A stretch of 63,421 bases of DNA, the filler included, from Folioceros fuciformis (lineage: Eukaryota): the NCBI GenBank assembly GCA_049999805.1. It is 10 parts of 10 records of this genome, joined end to end, with 100 filler letters (N's around TTAATTAATTAA, not from the genome) between each part and the next. Parts side by side here need not be neighbours in the genome. Positions count along the whole stretch, not along the records: positions 13,680 to 39,730 come from JBNGIO010004825.1; 9 more parts are not named here. One strand, given 5' to 3'. The notes under the pieces were generated by a model. It was not told the origin of the DNA and did no database searches. It was given only the letters and a program-made list of their open reading frames with translations. Numbering within the stretch: the stretch's first letter is position 1; every line of letters starts with the position of its first letter. The translations under genes and the position numbers were made by a program. Below, piece by piece: positions 23,501 to 35,190 of this stretch.

Positions 23501-26075
23501 CTGATGTCCGGCGAATGAATGTTGCACTGACTCGTGCCCGGTTTTCACTTTGGATTGTTGGAAATGCAAGCACTCTCCAGGCAAATCCTTCGTGGGGCTC
23601 GTTGCTTGTGAACGCTAGAAGCAGAGGTGTGATATGGTCCGTACGAAGACCGTATACACCATTGTTTCTTGAATCTGGTCCACCCAACGGTAAGGAGAAA
23701 ATGAATATGGACTTCCACGAATCTACAGAGAGTGGCCTGCAGGTTGTCAAGTATACACAGAAGATGAACGTTCATTCACTGTATGAGCCCCAGAGCAGAA
23801 GGGCAGGATCTGATCAGGCCAGACCTGGTGGGGACCTTGGCAATGGTGGTGCACCGCACAAGCCCCAGAATAAAAGGGCAAGGTCTGATCAGTCAAGGCC
23901 GAGTGGGAACCTCAGCAATGGTGGTGCACTATCTGAGCCCCAGAACAAAAGAGTACGGTCTGATCAAGCCAGACCAAGTGGCGACGTTGGCAATGGTGGT
24001 GAAACAAAGCTGCCAGGTTTCGCATCTGAACCTAGGGTGACACAGGATGTGAGTGCGAAGCAGAATGGTGCTTCACCTGAAACTGAAGGGGCAAATGTGT
24101 CAGGTCTCAATGTTGTTGAGGGGCCTGAGGGAGGGCTGGGAGATTCGCTTCAGGGTAGAAAGGAAAGGCACGGCCACCAACAGAAATGCTCAAGCCTTTG
24201 TGACCCACAAGCGGGTAATCAGAGGGCCAGTCAGCCTGGTCAGAGACAGGGGAAAATTGCAAGGGATAATCAGCGAGAGGACGTGCGTGGCCAGAGACGT
24301 GTCGCTGGAAGTAGGTTCGACTCCCGCAAACAGGAAGGCCTGAACCACGACCGTCGTGACACAAAACCTGTGAGCAGCTCTTGTGAAAATGGAGGGAACG
24401 GGGAGGGGGGAAGCATTCATAGGCGTGTTGAAGAACCCAAGCTGGGAAGAGGCCAGCAGTGTCATGAGCGCAATCGACCCGCGGATAGGAGCTCTGGAGC
24501 TGCATCAAGGGAAGCAAACGAAAGGCAAGTTAAAAACAAGTGCAACTTCGAGGAGGCAGGAGATACTGACAGAGATAGACATGAGCACAGGATACGTGCT
24601 GAAGACCCTACGCCAGGCAGAAGTCGGTACGATTATGAGCACGAACTACGTGGTCCGGGCTCCCCTAGATTTGCGTCTGCAGAAAAGGGCGAAAGCCGAG
24701 ATAAGGGTGAGGGCAAAGTCAAGTTTGTGGGAGATGCTCATCAAGATAGACATAAGGACTCGAGGCGAGCTGAGGACCGAAAGTTTGGCAGAAGTCGGCA
24801 CCATCATGAGCTCGATCGATCTGTTCAGGTATCTGTAGAACGAGCTGAAAGGCATCCAAGCAGTGAGGTAGCTATAGAAAAGGATGAAAGACATCCAAAC
24901 AGAGGGTTGGCACGAGCACGAGATGACTGGCCAGACAAAGGGATTCAAGGTGAAACACGTAGAAGTAGGGAGGAGGAACAGGTCAGGACGGACAAGGGTC
25001 GGCAGCCAGGGGCTCACGAGGACGTCAGCGCGCATCACCACAGTGCAACGGCTTCTGGCAGGCGTTTGAACGAGGGCACGTTCCTGCACTCAAGACAGGA
25101 ATCAACACGGGGAGCAGTCGTAGCTGGGGTACAGGATCTGAAAGCGAGCAGACAACCAAGGAAAGACATCCCTAAGGGACCCAGCCCTGCAGGCTTAAGC
25201 AAAGGGCTGGACGATATTGCTTCTAGGAAACGACAGAGGCTAGAAGCTGAAGCAATCATGCGCAATGGCTTGCTTCCGTCATCAAGGTTGGCAGATGCCG
25301 ATCGTCTTCCAAAGTCTTCGATCAAAGAAGGTGAGTTATTCCCGCGGAGATCTGGGGTGATGTTTGGTGTCTTGGGGTGAAATACCTGCCACCCTTGACA
25401 ATGTTAGTGTCTGATTTGCCCACGAAGAGGTGTGGGTTAAAGATCGCATTCTTACGAGGGGCGAAATCTGGAGCATTGGTTTGTTTTGGAAGTGAGGTTT
25501 TCTTTGAGGGGGTTTTTACTGCTGTAGAAGTCCTTTTAATGGTTTTCAGGCCACACGTACTTGTGATCTTTCCTGTCTGAGGAAGTTTGCTCATGTGGGC
25601 CAATCTTGGATGGTGGTCATCAGGCCTGAAGGTAGATGGTTGTCGTCCTGGCTCACGTCAGTGTGTTGGTCCTTGTGTTGTTTGCTCTCGTCATTCTGTT
25701 GGTCTGTGTCCTGGCTCATGTCATTTTGCTGATCTGTGCTTAACAGGTAAGCGAGTTCAAGCAGATAGGAGCGCCGGGCGTCGACCCCCCAGCAACGATC
25801 CTGTTGTAATTGGTGGAAACAAGGTGCATCTCTGGTGGCTGATGAGAGAAGGAATGATTTTTTGAGCGAAGTACTTCTTCAGTGTTTGAACAGATTCGTT
25901 CAAGCACTCCTTTTTGATGTGTCAAGTTGCTGTTGGAGGAGAACAGGCGAAGGACGGCGCTGTGAAGGCCACCCCGGGGGGTACATCTGTGGATGACATT
26001 TTGGCGGGATTAGATTCGTTAAGCGCATCTCAAGTGAAGGGTAGCATGTATGGCGGACCGAAGGCTCGCGGGTAG
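14547..26075 (+). CDS. SEN1/senataxin-like Upf1-family SF1 RNA/DNA helicase (At1g16800-like), multi-exon
   Basis: ATG at 14547 (MEKEEDKLL...). N-terminal exons (LMQPLLEVYSNY...LWARISNELRTCMLCVRLHH) resemble At1g16800 as I recall it. Helicase motifs: LVQGPPG|TGKT (split by an intron), VLVCAQSNAAVDEL, VVIDEAAQ, VGDPKQLPATV, QYRMHPEI, GVITPY, NTVDGFQGRE, RRMNVALTRAR. Many short GT-AG introns. The 3' end is either the stop at 25380 or spliced exons to TAG 26073-26075 (uncertain). Confidence 0.9.
23782..24000 (+). repeat. 3 x 78-bp coding tandem repeat in the helicase C-terminal tail
   Basis: Encodes (E/K)PQxxRxxSDQxRPxGxxxNGG three times. Confidence 0.85.
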
Positions 26076-26940
26076 AGAAGGGGAAAGAGAAAAAAGGCGA
26101 TTTTCTTTACACTTGAGGAGCTGAGATAGTTTTAGCTGGAGGCAGTGTGGCCCCTATATTTGAAATATTCACCGAAAATATATGGAATATCGTGTAGGGT
26201 AGAGTCGAAACATTTTTTCGTTCTGTCCCGCGCTCGATCGCAGGATGAGGGACGAGCCATGTACAGATTTGAATTTAATGCTCGTTCGGTTTGGAAAAGG
26301 TCACCTGGGAATTTCAATGGGGGAACAAGGCAGTTGGGCATGTAGTTTGTACATACAGGATGTATGTACAGTTTACGTACAGGAAGGCCAATTTGGAGCT
26401 TCTGCCAACACCCATGCATCCTTGGGTGCCAACATATCAATGCATTAAATGACGTGACGACAAATTCGCATATCCGCCCTGCCTTTTCCCGGAAACGCTG
26501 TCGAGGTTTCTATGCTCAGTCCAGGGACTCGTGTGCCAACGGGGGGTCTGACGAATGAGCAGCACGTTCTCACGGTAAGATATGACAGATTTTTCCGTCT
26601 TCGATATCTCTCCGGATCTGTCCACTTGACTACACGTTTGGGAGGGAGAGGGCAGTGACTCAGAGCGCAGACATTTCGGAAGTAGAAGATGGGCTTTGAC
26701 GGTAAGGTGGTAAGTTATATGCACATCGCATAGACGATGAAGTGGGTGTACAAACAGGATGACTGGAACTTACAACAGATGGATGTGCGGCACATAGTAT
26801 GGTACATATTTCTTTTCCCTGATACCTTCTCCACTTCTGTGTTGTGAAGCGGCACAGAAATAATAATTTGAAGTACAAAGAAAGAGCAGCGGCAACGAAC
26901 ACGAGGACGACGGTGTGCTTGCAAATGGAGATGGTGATGA

Positions 26941-28548
26941 TCAGAGTGCTGCAGTAGGAAGGGTGACGTTTGCCACCTTGTTCCCTCGCTCGCCTTTGGC
27001 GTTCTCAGCGAACTTGAGGCTGGCTTCGTGCATCCCCTTCTCCCTCTCGGCCGCAGTGTATTCCGAGGAGTAGTAGGACTCCTCGGAAGCGGAAGCCCTG
27101 GCGGGAAAGAACATGCTGCCCCACTGCGGGAAGTGGACAACGACGATGAGCACGCAGCTGGCGATGATCATGATCCCCATATACTCGATCCCCTTCTCCG
27201 TGCTGTATGGGGCCTTGGTGAAGAAGATGAGCGTAGTGACGATGGAGCCAATGTTTCCTCCTGCCCCCGTCATCCCCGAAATGACTCCCAGAGACCTTCG
27301 GGATACGAAGGGGATAATCCCGAAAGTGGCCCCGCACGCGGCCTGGACGAAGAAGGAGAAGACGAGCATGACGAAAATGGATGCCGACAGAACCCCGAGC
27401 CTCCCGAGGGCGAGGCAGAAAATGCCGCCGGCGAGCTGGAGCAGGAAGAGGCACCAGAGGCGGCCCCGCATCCCGTATCGGGACGCAGACAGGTCGGAGA
27501 GCACGCCGCCCAGGGGCCGGGACACGATGTTGAATAGGCCGAATGTTGCCGCGATGAGGCCCGCCGTGTGCAGGTTTAGGTCGAACCTGTCGTAGTAGTA
27601 CTGCGCGATGACATTGTCCACGGTGAGCTCCACCCCGAAGCAGTAGCCGTAGGTGAGGGCGAACACCCAGGAGCGGTAGTTGGTGACGGCGTTCCAGATC
27701 ACCTTGCGAGACTTGTCGGCGGCTTTGGTGCCCCTCTTCTTGAGCGCGGCGTAATTGCCGTCGGGCAGGTCCTGGCCCAAGGTGAGGCAGACGAGGCCCA
27801 TAAAAATGTGGAAGAAGCCGGGGACGAAAAAGGAGAGCCTCCAGGCCGTGTAATCCTCGGCCCCCGCTCCCCTCATGATCTCATACACGAGCGGCATGAT
27901 GAGCTGCGTAGCGCCTCCTCCGAGGTTGCCCCATCCTGCTGCGGTACCGTTGGCCAGCCCCACAATCCGGCTGGTGAACATGGAGCTCATCCAGAACTGG
28001 CAGCTAACGAAGGTGGCGAGCGAGAAACCGATGCAGAAGCGCACCATGATGAAGCCCGTGACGGAGTTGACGCTGGCCATCCCGAACACGGCCGGGGCCG
28101 TAATCATGAGCAGGAAGGCGCTCCCGTAGCGAGGTCCAACCTTGTCGCACACGATCCCCATGAGGAGCCGGGAGAAGACGGAGCCTGACACGGACGCGAT
28201 GGCCGCGTTCCCGATATCGAACTTGTCCAGGTCCAGATTATCCCGGATGACAGGCATGAGCGGCGGGGCGGCGAAGGTGGAGGTGAAGCAGAGGAAGAAG
28301 GAGAACCAGGAAATATGAAAGGAGCGCATGTGCGGGGCTGCCAAGGACAGCAGCCGCAGCGTCTTGGCCTTGTGCTCCGAATCCACGGGAAGGGCGAAGT
28401 TGCTGCTCCCGTCGTGGTGGCCATCCTTCTCCTCCGCCCCCGCCACCATGATGGAGAACATCTGCTCCTTGCCCGTCACCCCGTGCAGGGAAGTCCCGGG
28501 CGCGCCCTTGCTGTCGTGTCCGATGTTAGACGAGTTCATTTCCGCCAT
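26941..28548 (-). CDS. NRT2: High-affinity nitrate transporter NRT2 (MFS/NNP family), intronless, 535 aa
   Basis: Single ORF with [37 protein letters not shown], the nitrate signature [28 protein letters not shown] and HFPQWGSMF. Confidence 0.97.
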   Translation of the reverse strand: MAEMNSSNIGHDSKGAPGTSLHGVTGKEQMFSIMVAGAEEKDGHHDGSSNFALPVDSEHKAKTLRLLSLAAPHMRSFHISWFSFFLCFTSTFAAPPLMPVIRDNLDLDKFDIGNAAIASVSGSVFSRLLMGIVCDKVGPRYGSAFLLMITAPAVFGMASVNSVTGFIMVRFCIGFSLATFVSCQFWMSSMFTSRIVGLANGTAAGWGNLGGGATQLIMPLVYEIMRGAGAEDYTAWRLSFFVPGFFHIFMGLVCLTLGQDLPDGNYAALKKRGTKAADKSRKVIWNAVTNYRSWVFALTYGYCFGVELTVDNVIAQYYYDRFDLNLHTAGLIAATFGLFNIVSRPLGGVLSDLSASRYGMRGRLWCLFLLQLAGGIFCLALGRLGVLSASIFVMLVFSFFVQAACGATFGIIPFVSRRSLGVISGMTGAGGNIGSIVTTLIFFTKAPYSTEKGIEYMGIMIIASCVLIVVVHFPQWGSMFFPARASASEESYYSSEYTAAEREKGMHEASLKFAENAKGERGNKVANVTLPTAAL

Positions 28549-30183
28549 TCCGCCGTGCCGCCACCTCCTCCTATCCTATTCCCTCCTCCTCTCCGCCTCC
28601 CTTGCCGCCCGCGCGATCCGCGGCCGCTGTCTTCTCCTGCGAGCTGCCTACCGCATTCCGCTCCCCCCGAATCGGGGCAAGCGGCAGCGGAAGCGAAAGG
28701 GGAAGGCTAGCCGTGCGGGCCCGAAACGCGCGCACTGTGATAAGTCGCGTCTCACGTCTCGCCCGCACTCTGATTGTGCGCTTGACACGATCTCCAGGGC
28801 CGACTCCAGTTCTTATAGTGGGCCTCCGCCGACCCGCCAGTATCGAGTCCCGCCTCGGCCCCCCCTGGCCGTGACGGGGTTCGAGGCGTCGCTTCCCGCT
28901 CGACCCAGGCTCGATGATTGCCGCCGCTTCCTACATTCCAATCGCTACCCGGTGTGCGCCGCGTCCCCGAACCAGGACCCGAACCCGGGCCTCCGCCGAA
29001 CCTGCTGCCTCCCGATACCATTTTTTTCTGGAGTTGCTCGCCGTCTCCTTTTCCTCAACACCTGCTACACCTTTACCGCAACGAAACAGCGTCACCTAAA
29101 TTCCGTCATGTGCTTGCATTGCATGCTCTTCCCTACACTGGCTGGCGCCAGCAGGGCCGGGCTGGGCTGCCCTTGGCTCGCCTTATCTGTCTTCCAAGCC
29201 CTACACGCACTCTCTCTCTTACTGCACGGTACCATGATTCTGCTGCCGTCGCTGGGTCCCCCACTTCCTCTCCTCTCTACAGGAGCGCCCAACACTGCTC
29301 TACGTCCACACAAATGAGATTCACCTGTACATCCACTATCCGAATCCGTACATTATATTATTACTGCTGCACATACATACCTTCCTTCACCTCCTTGGGA
29401 TCTAGATCCCCCTCAACTTTTGTAATACTTGGTGTTATCTTGGTCGTCCCTTCTCCATGTTATCAAGCAAGCCTCCAAGTTGGTTTGGAAGGGTCCATGA
29501 CTTGGGACTTGGCAAGCTGAAGTGTCACACAAGTACAATACAATGTCGTAATGCTGTGCCTTCAGAAGTCTTTCCTGCACGATGGCTCTTTTACAGCCAA
29601 TGGTGTATCCATCCATGGCTCTGAAGGGTGCTGTCTTTGTCTTGGGACTATTGGGGAGGAGTTTTCGAGTCATACAAACAGTATATTCCAAAACCTGAGC
29701 TGGCCAAATGGTAGATGTCTCCTCCATCCACCGTCCTTGATGCCCGGACCACTGGACCAGCGAGCGGCCCATGGTATGGGGCTCAACGTCTGCTCTTCTC
29801 CCCAGCGCAGGGCATACTGTATGTATAACAATGGTGTACGTGTACGTGTAGGTGCGGCGCGAAGAGCGGAATTCCTATTCGCGGCTCTTGGCGGCGGGAA
29901 GGGGCAAGAGGTGGTGCTGGAGGCTGCAGCGAGAGCGGGAGAGAGTTGCATGTGTTCCACGGTCCGAGCCGCAGGTTTGCACTATGTCGGCCTGCCGCGA
30001 CGGATGCCCCGCCCGGTCGCTCAGGAGGCAAGGGCAGGCGAGCGACGCCACCGAATTCTTCTCCTCCGACCTGCCTCCGGACCCTGACTCTCCACGGCAT
30101 TGCTTTGCGCGACTGAGGCATCCCGCGAAACCCCTTCCGCCCCTCACAGACCTCCGGTTCCGTTCCCCTCCCTCCCTGTTGCC
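28549..30183. promoter_or_regulatory. Shared divergent promoter region of NRT2 and nitrite reductase
   Basis: 1635 bp between the two outward-facing ATGs. TATAAG on the - strand at ~28811-28816, upstream of NRT2. Confidence 0.65.
29882..29906 (-). promoter_or_regulatory. Candidate nitrate-responsive element (NLP-binding NRE)
   Basis: The - strand reads TGCCCCTT-N9-AAGAGCCG, resembling the NIR NRE consensus tGACcCTT-N10-AAGagtcc. It lies ~280 bp upstream of the NiR ATG. Confidence 0.6.
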
Positions 30184-32501
30184 ATGAAGGCTGCAGCCGC
30201 GTCTGGTGCCTCCTGCTCCGGAGTTGCAACCGGATCGGAGCTCTTGCAACACACGGGGACCAGGTGCACCACCGTGCTGCGGCCGCTGCCGCTCAGGAGG
30301 CAGCAGCACTCACAATGCGCGTCGTGGCGGCCTAGGCAGTCGAGATCTCCCATCCAGGCGCAGGCGCAGTCGCAGTCGCAGTCGCAGTCGCAGTCCCAGT
30401 CCCAGTCCCAGTCGCAGCAATCCGCTGTCACAGTGGCAGCCCCGGTTCCCGTGGACTCCAAGCTCGTCCCCAAGGTGGAGGAGCAGGACGGCTTCTGGGT
30501 GCTGAAGCCCGAATTCCGCAATTCCGGGCTCAATCCTGCGGAAAAGGTGGGTGTTTTGGGTTCTCGGCGCTGGGCCGACTTGCAATGGGGGATTGTGGAA
30601 AGGAAGCATGGAAGGACGGAAGATTGGGAGCTCACGCTTGTTGTCCCGTGCCAGTGCAGATCAAGTTGACCAAAGACCCCATGAAGCTGTACGTGGAGAA
30701 GGAGATCGAGACGCTCGCGCACCGGGAGTTCCACGAACTGGACGCCACCAAGGACGGAAAGGATGACATCGACGTCCGACTGAAGTGGTTGGGCCTGTTT
30801 CACCGCAGGAAGCATCACTGTGAGTGTCACTTATCTCTTTCATTCAAGCAATTCCTTTCAATTCCGGAGGTGACGCGGGCTGACTCGACTTGATGGGGGC
30901 CCTGCAGATGGCAGATTCATGATGCGCCTAAAGCTCCCCAACGGAGTCACAACCAGTGAACAGACCCGCTACTTGGCATCCGTTATCGATAACTACGGGG
31001 TACACGGCTGTGCGGATATCACCACCAGGCAAAACTGGCAGATTCGAGGAGTTCTTCTCCAAGATGCTCCTTCCATCATCAAGGGACTGGAGAACGTGGG
31101 GTTGACCAGCCTGCAGAGTGGGATGGACAATGTGCGGAATGTCGTGGGGAGTCCTCTCGCTGGAATTGATCCCTACGAGATTGTGGACACCCGTCCCTAC
31201 AACAACTTGCTCAATGACTACGCCATTGCTTGCGGGAAGGGCAACCTGGCCATCACCAACTTGTGAGTGCAAGCATCCACTACTTGCTTCTACTTCAGCT
31301 CATTCTCTCGTTGGCTTTCTGCACTCCGGGTTCGGTTGTGAGTAACGGTTTCCGTTCTCCTGGTGCACAGGCCTCGGAAGTGGAATGTGTGTGTAGTGGG
31401 CACACATGACTTGTACGAGCATCCCCACATCAACGACCTTGCCTACATTCCTGCTGTCAAGGATGGCAGGTCCGGCTTCAACTTGCTGGTGGGAGGCTTC
31501 TTCAGCATCAAGAGGTGTGCGGAGGCCATCCCCTTGGACGCCTGGGTCCCGGAACAGGATGTCCTGCCCGTGTGCAAGGCCGTGCTGGAGACCTTCCGAG
31601 ACCTTGGCTTTCGAGGAAACCGTCAGAAATGCAGGATGATGTGGCTCATCGACGAGCTCGTAAGTACCCATGCTTCAATGTGTTGCCCTGACCCAGCAGG
31701 CCGAACCCACAGCAGTGCGTCTCCCTCCTGACCACCACGTTTAATTTGCATTGCCAATGGTCTGTTGCACAGGGCATTGAGCAATTCCGTTCAGAGGTAG
31801 AAAGGCGGATGCGACCAACCCCACTCCTGCAGAGAGCTGCCCTAACTGACCTCATCGACCCGACATGGCAGAGACGAGAGTACTTCGGAGTACACCCGCA
31901 GAAGCAAGAAGGGCTCCACTACGTGGGCCTGCACGTGCCTGTGGGACGCCTCCAAGCTGCGGACATGTTCGAACTGGCCGGGATAGCGGAGAACTACGGC
32001 ACAGGGGAGCTGCGCCTCACCGTGGAACAGAACGTCATCATCCCCAATGTCCCCACACCAAAGGTGGACCCCTTGCTAGCTGAGCCTTTGCTACAGACAC
32101 TGTCGCCCTCCCCGTCTCCTCTTTTGTCCACCCTGGTTGCTTGCACCGGAAGCCAGTTCTGCGGACAAGCCATCATCGAGACCAAGGCCAGAGCACTGCA
32201 GGTTTCCAGGCACCTGGAGGCCCGCATGGATCTCGCTAAGCCTGTCCGCATGCATTGGACAGGCTGCCCCAACAGTTGTGGCCAGGTGCAGCTGGCGGAC
32301 ATCGGATTCATGGGCTGCATGGCCAGAGACGAGAACAACAAACCCGTGGAAGGGGTCGATATCTTTCTGGGAGGCAGGATTGGTGCCGACTCACATCTCG
32401 GAGACAAAGTCTTGACCGCGGTGCCCTGCAAAGACGTGGTTCCTGTGGTGGAGGACCTGCTTATCAAACACTTCGGGGCCAAGCGAAAGACCCCTGCATA
32501 A
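30184..32501 (+). CDS. NIR1: Ferredoxin-nitrite reductase, plastid-targeted; exons 30184-30546, 30660-30819, 30908-31262, 31371-31659, 31773-32501
   Basis: Transit peptide, then LNPAEK|IK, RLKWLGLFHRRKHH|YGRFMMRLKLPNG, CADITTRQNWQIRG, NL|PRKWN. Siroheme/4Fe-4S cysteines in ACTGSQFCGQA and HWTGCPNSCGQ. Four GT-AG introns keep the frame. Confidence 0.96.
30355..30420 (+). repeat. (CAGTCG/CAGTCC)n hexanucleotide repeat encoding a QA/QS run in the NiR transit peptide
   Basis: Translates as QAQAQSQSQSQSQSQSQSQSQQ. Confidence 0.9.
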
Positions 32502-33869
32502 TTCGGTATACGTAATCCAGGAATCATATACATAATACTCTGGAAAATGCTACAAAACCCTAAACCATGGTTTTTGGTCTTTGGGGCAAATATTGTCATG
32601 ACTTGGAAAGGCTTTGGAATGTTACATCAGTGTCAACTTGTTATGCAGACAAAGCTCGTATTGATCGACATGCACGGGCGAACTAGAGCGTGTTGAGATA
32701 AGCTATTGCGCTTAGACCAAGTAGGGGCCCAATAAATGAAAAAAAAACCAACAATAATAAATAATTTATTGAAATAGTTATTTTGGAAGTTAACTTTATG
32801 GATAGTTGACGTGGATTGAGAGTGCTCACTCATGTGGTTTGCCTACGGTCTGTAAGAAATAGGTGAGCATTCTTTTGATAGTTCGCTTAGAAAGCTAAAA
32901 GGTCAATAGACGTTGGGCTCATCCCTTTGGCATTGACCAATCATGAAGCTTGTAGCGAATTGAAGAATTGAATTAAAGTTTTTGTATTGCAAATTGAAGA
33001 ATTGAATCCAAGTTTTTGTATTGCAAATTTGCATGAACATGTGTGAGTACGTCTAAGAAGGTTGCAAAGAAGTGATAGAAGATGAAGACAAAATGACATC
33101 ATGAAATGTGTCACTATCAAAAGAATGCTCGATTGTTGTTCCAAGAAGTGATACAAGGTGAAGTCAGAACGACATCACGAACTTCTCAATATTAAAAGAA
33201 TGCTCAATTGTTATTCCTTGGTGACAAGCTTGCACCAGAATATACATCGTTTTAAAGTTATGAATGTTCTACTACAATAGTGTGTTAGACTTGAGAGCTA
33301 AAGGTGTGTTTGGAATAGTGCATTGTGTTTAAGCGGCATCTTGGGAACGATATGTGGTTCATTAAGTACGGGGGATGTAGTACTAGGTTATGATGTTGCT
33401 TGGAGTCAAGTACAACAGACATAGGTGCTAATTTGTTAGGGATAACTTATGGGGAGGTGCCAGAAGCTTTGACACTTGCTCCTCAAGGGCTAGTAGAGAC
33501 AGTCGAAAAGATGAGGAAAGGAGCTTGTACTATTGTGTCGTCTAGATTAAAAGTTGTCACACAAAGGAGTTGAGATTAAGTCAACAAAGATGAGACGATG
33601 ACGTGCAGGATATAGAGTGCAAGGGTAAAGCAAGAACAGGGAGTGATACAAAGTGGTTGATTAAGGAAGTCTACTTGAGGGTTATAAAAGCTATGAAAGA
33701 TGTGAGGAGAGGTTTAAGGTGGAGAAATGGAATTTTAATTTTCTAGAAGAGAACAAGTGAAGAAGAGAGAGATGGGTAGGACTTGTGTATCGGGACAAGG
33801 AATTAAGGTGGTAGATTAGCAAAACAATAGAAAGGCACAAGCACAAGTTAAACCGGAAATTGAGTTTCT

Positions 33870-34351
33870 GAATAATAGCAAGCATGAATTTTTGGTTTCT
33901 AGATAATAGCAAGCATGAGTTTTTGGTTTCTAGATAATAGCAAGCATGAGTTTTTGGTAGATGGTTTTACACCGAGGAAGGTGTTCATTGATTCGAGAGC
34001 GCAACCTACTTTAATTCATTTTAATACAACATATAATCTGGGGTTGAAAAGAGCGGATGTGTAAAAGACAAAAAGGAAAATTAGAATGGTCAATGGGCGC
34101 TTGGAAAGCGTGACAGGGGGAGATAAAGGAAAAGTTGCAGTTATGTTTCAAACGTGGAACAGAGGAGGAGACAACCATTATAATGAAATGCTTAATTGTT
34201 AAGTTTGAGGACTTTGATGTCATCTTGGGGATGAAGGCTCTGTTTATGTTAGGAGAAGGCATAGGTTTGTGGATAGAGGAATTTTACTATTAGCTTGGTT
34301 GACAGTATGGGGATGGAATGAACATGGCAACAATCCTTCCCAATTTGCAGC
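33870..34351 (+). pseudogene. Highly decayed gypsy protease remnant with a 3 x 31-bp tandem repeat
   Basis: VFIDSRAQ (~33981) and DFDVILGMK (~34210). ATAATAGCAAGCATGAGTTTTTGGTTTCTAG x3 at ~33872-33958. Confidence 0.5.
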
Positions 34352-35190
34352 TGTCGCGCAGCAGCCGCATAGCTGCATGCCTACCTAGCCTGTTTACCAA
34401 GCTAGGTCACTAAGCTTCCGCCTGCCTGCGATCTCCTTGGCCTTCGGCCTAGGAGCAACAATCCTAGCCTTAATTTGTCCTTGACCTATGGCCAAGAGCA
34501 AGGCTACAAAAAGAGACTAGGTTTGCCTAAGAGAGGCAGACCCGGGACCCGTCAACAGGTGAAATCAAGCTGGAAAATTCTCCCAACCTGGCAATGCAAC
34601 GAACCACAAGAACCTCTAGGAGACAAAGACACAGCAGGGACGAAGTATGGCTGTCTATTGGAACAAGACAAACATCAACAATCCGAGAATCCATGGCTGG
34701 GTGCCTACATATATAGGCAAAAACCCCCATGAGTTCTCGATGAAGTGTCCACCCGTATCGATGGTGGGCACTTTATAATCCTACTTTCCTTGATTTATGA
34801 TTTTTATGTATTTTCTAATATCTTCTAATATAAATCTGCTATCTATATATGCGGCATAGCACCGCGCCTTTCATGCACAACCATGCATATAGGTTGCATG
34901 CGCCATGACACATCACCTGCCACATGTCCACATACATCACATGTCATCCTTCATCTCCATATGTATGCATACATGGCACACATGCATATATGGCATACAT
35001 ATCATGTGCAGGCCATCCATGGGCCATGTACATGACATCATCAAGCACTTCAGCATCAGGGCTTATGCCCGAGATGCTCCAGTCAGTATCTAGTCATTTC
35101 AGCATTCAGGGCTTATGCCCAGGATGCTCTAGTCAGTATCCAGTCATAGAGTCTTAGGTGCTCTGTTTCCCATACAGCAACAGCATGACA
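34352..35190 (+). mobile_element. Solo LTR (family C), 839 bp, with 4-bp TSD CAGC
   Basis: TGTCGCGC...GCATGACA termini. CAGC at 34348-34351 and 35191-35194. Both ends are confirmed by the copies at 13886 and 7985. Confidence 0.88.

Noticed and set aside
26941-28548. Bacterial HGT origin of the intronless, GC-rich NRT2
   Set aside because: The protein has plant-type NRT2 N- and C-terminal motifs ([24 protein letters not shown]), not NarK-type ends.
27005-30830. Many overlapping/antisense ORFs over NRT2, the shared promoter and NiR exon 1 (e.g. 28328-29317, 329 aa)
   Set aside because: Expected shadow ORFs in GC-rich DNA. No domains, and they conflict with well-supported genes.
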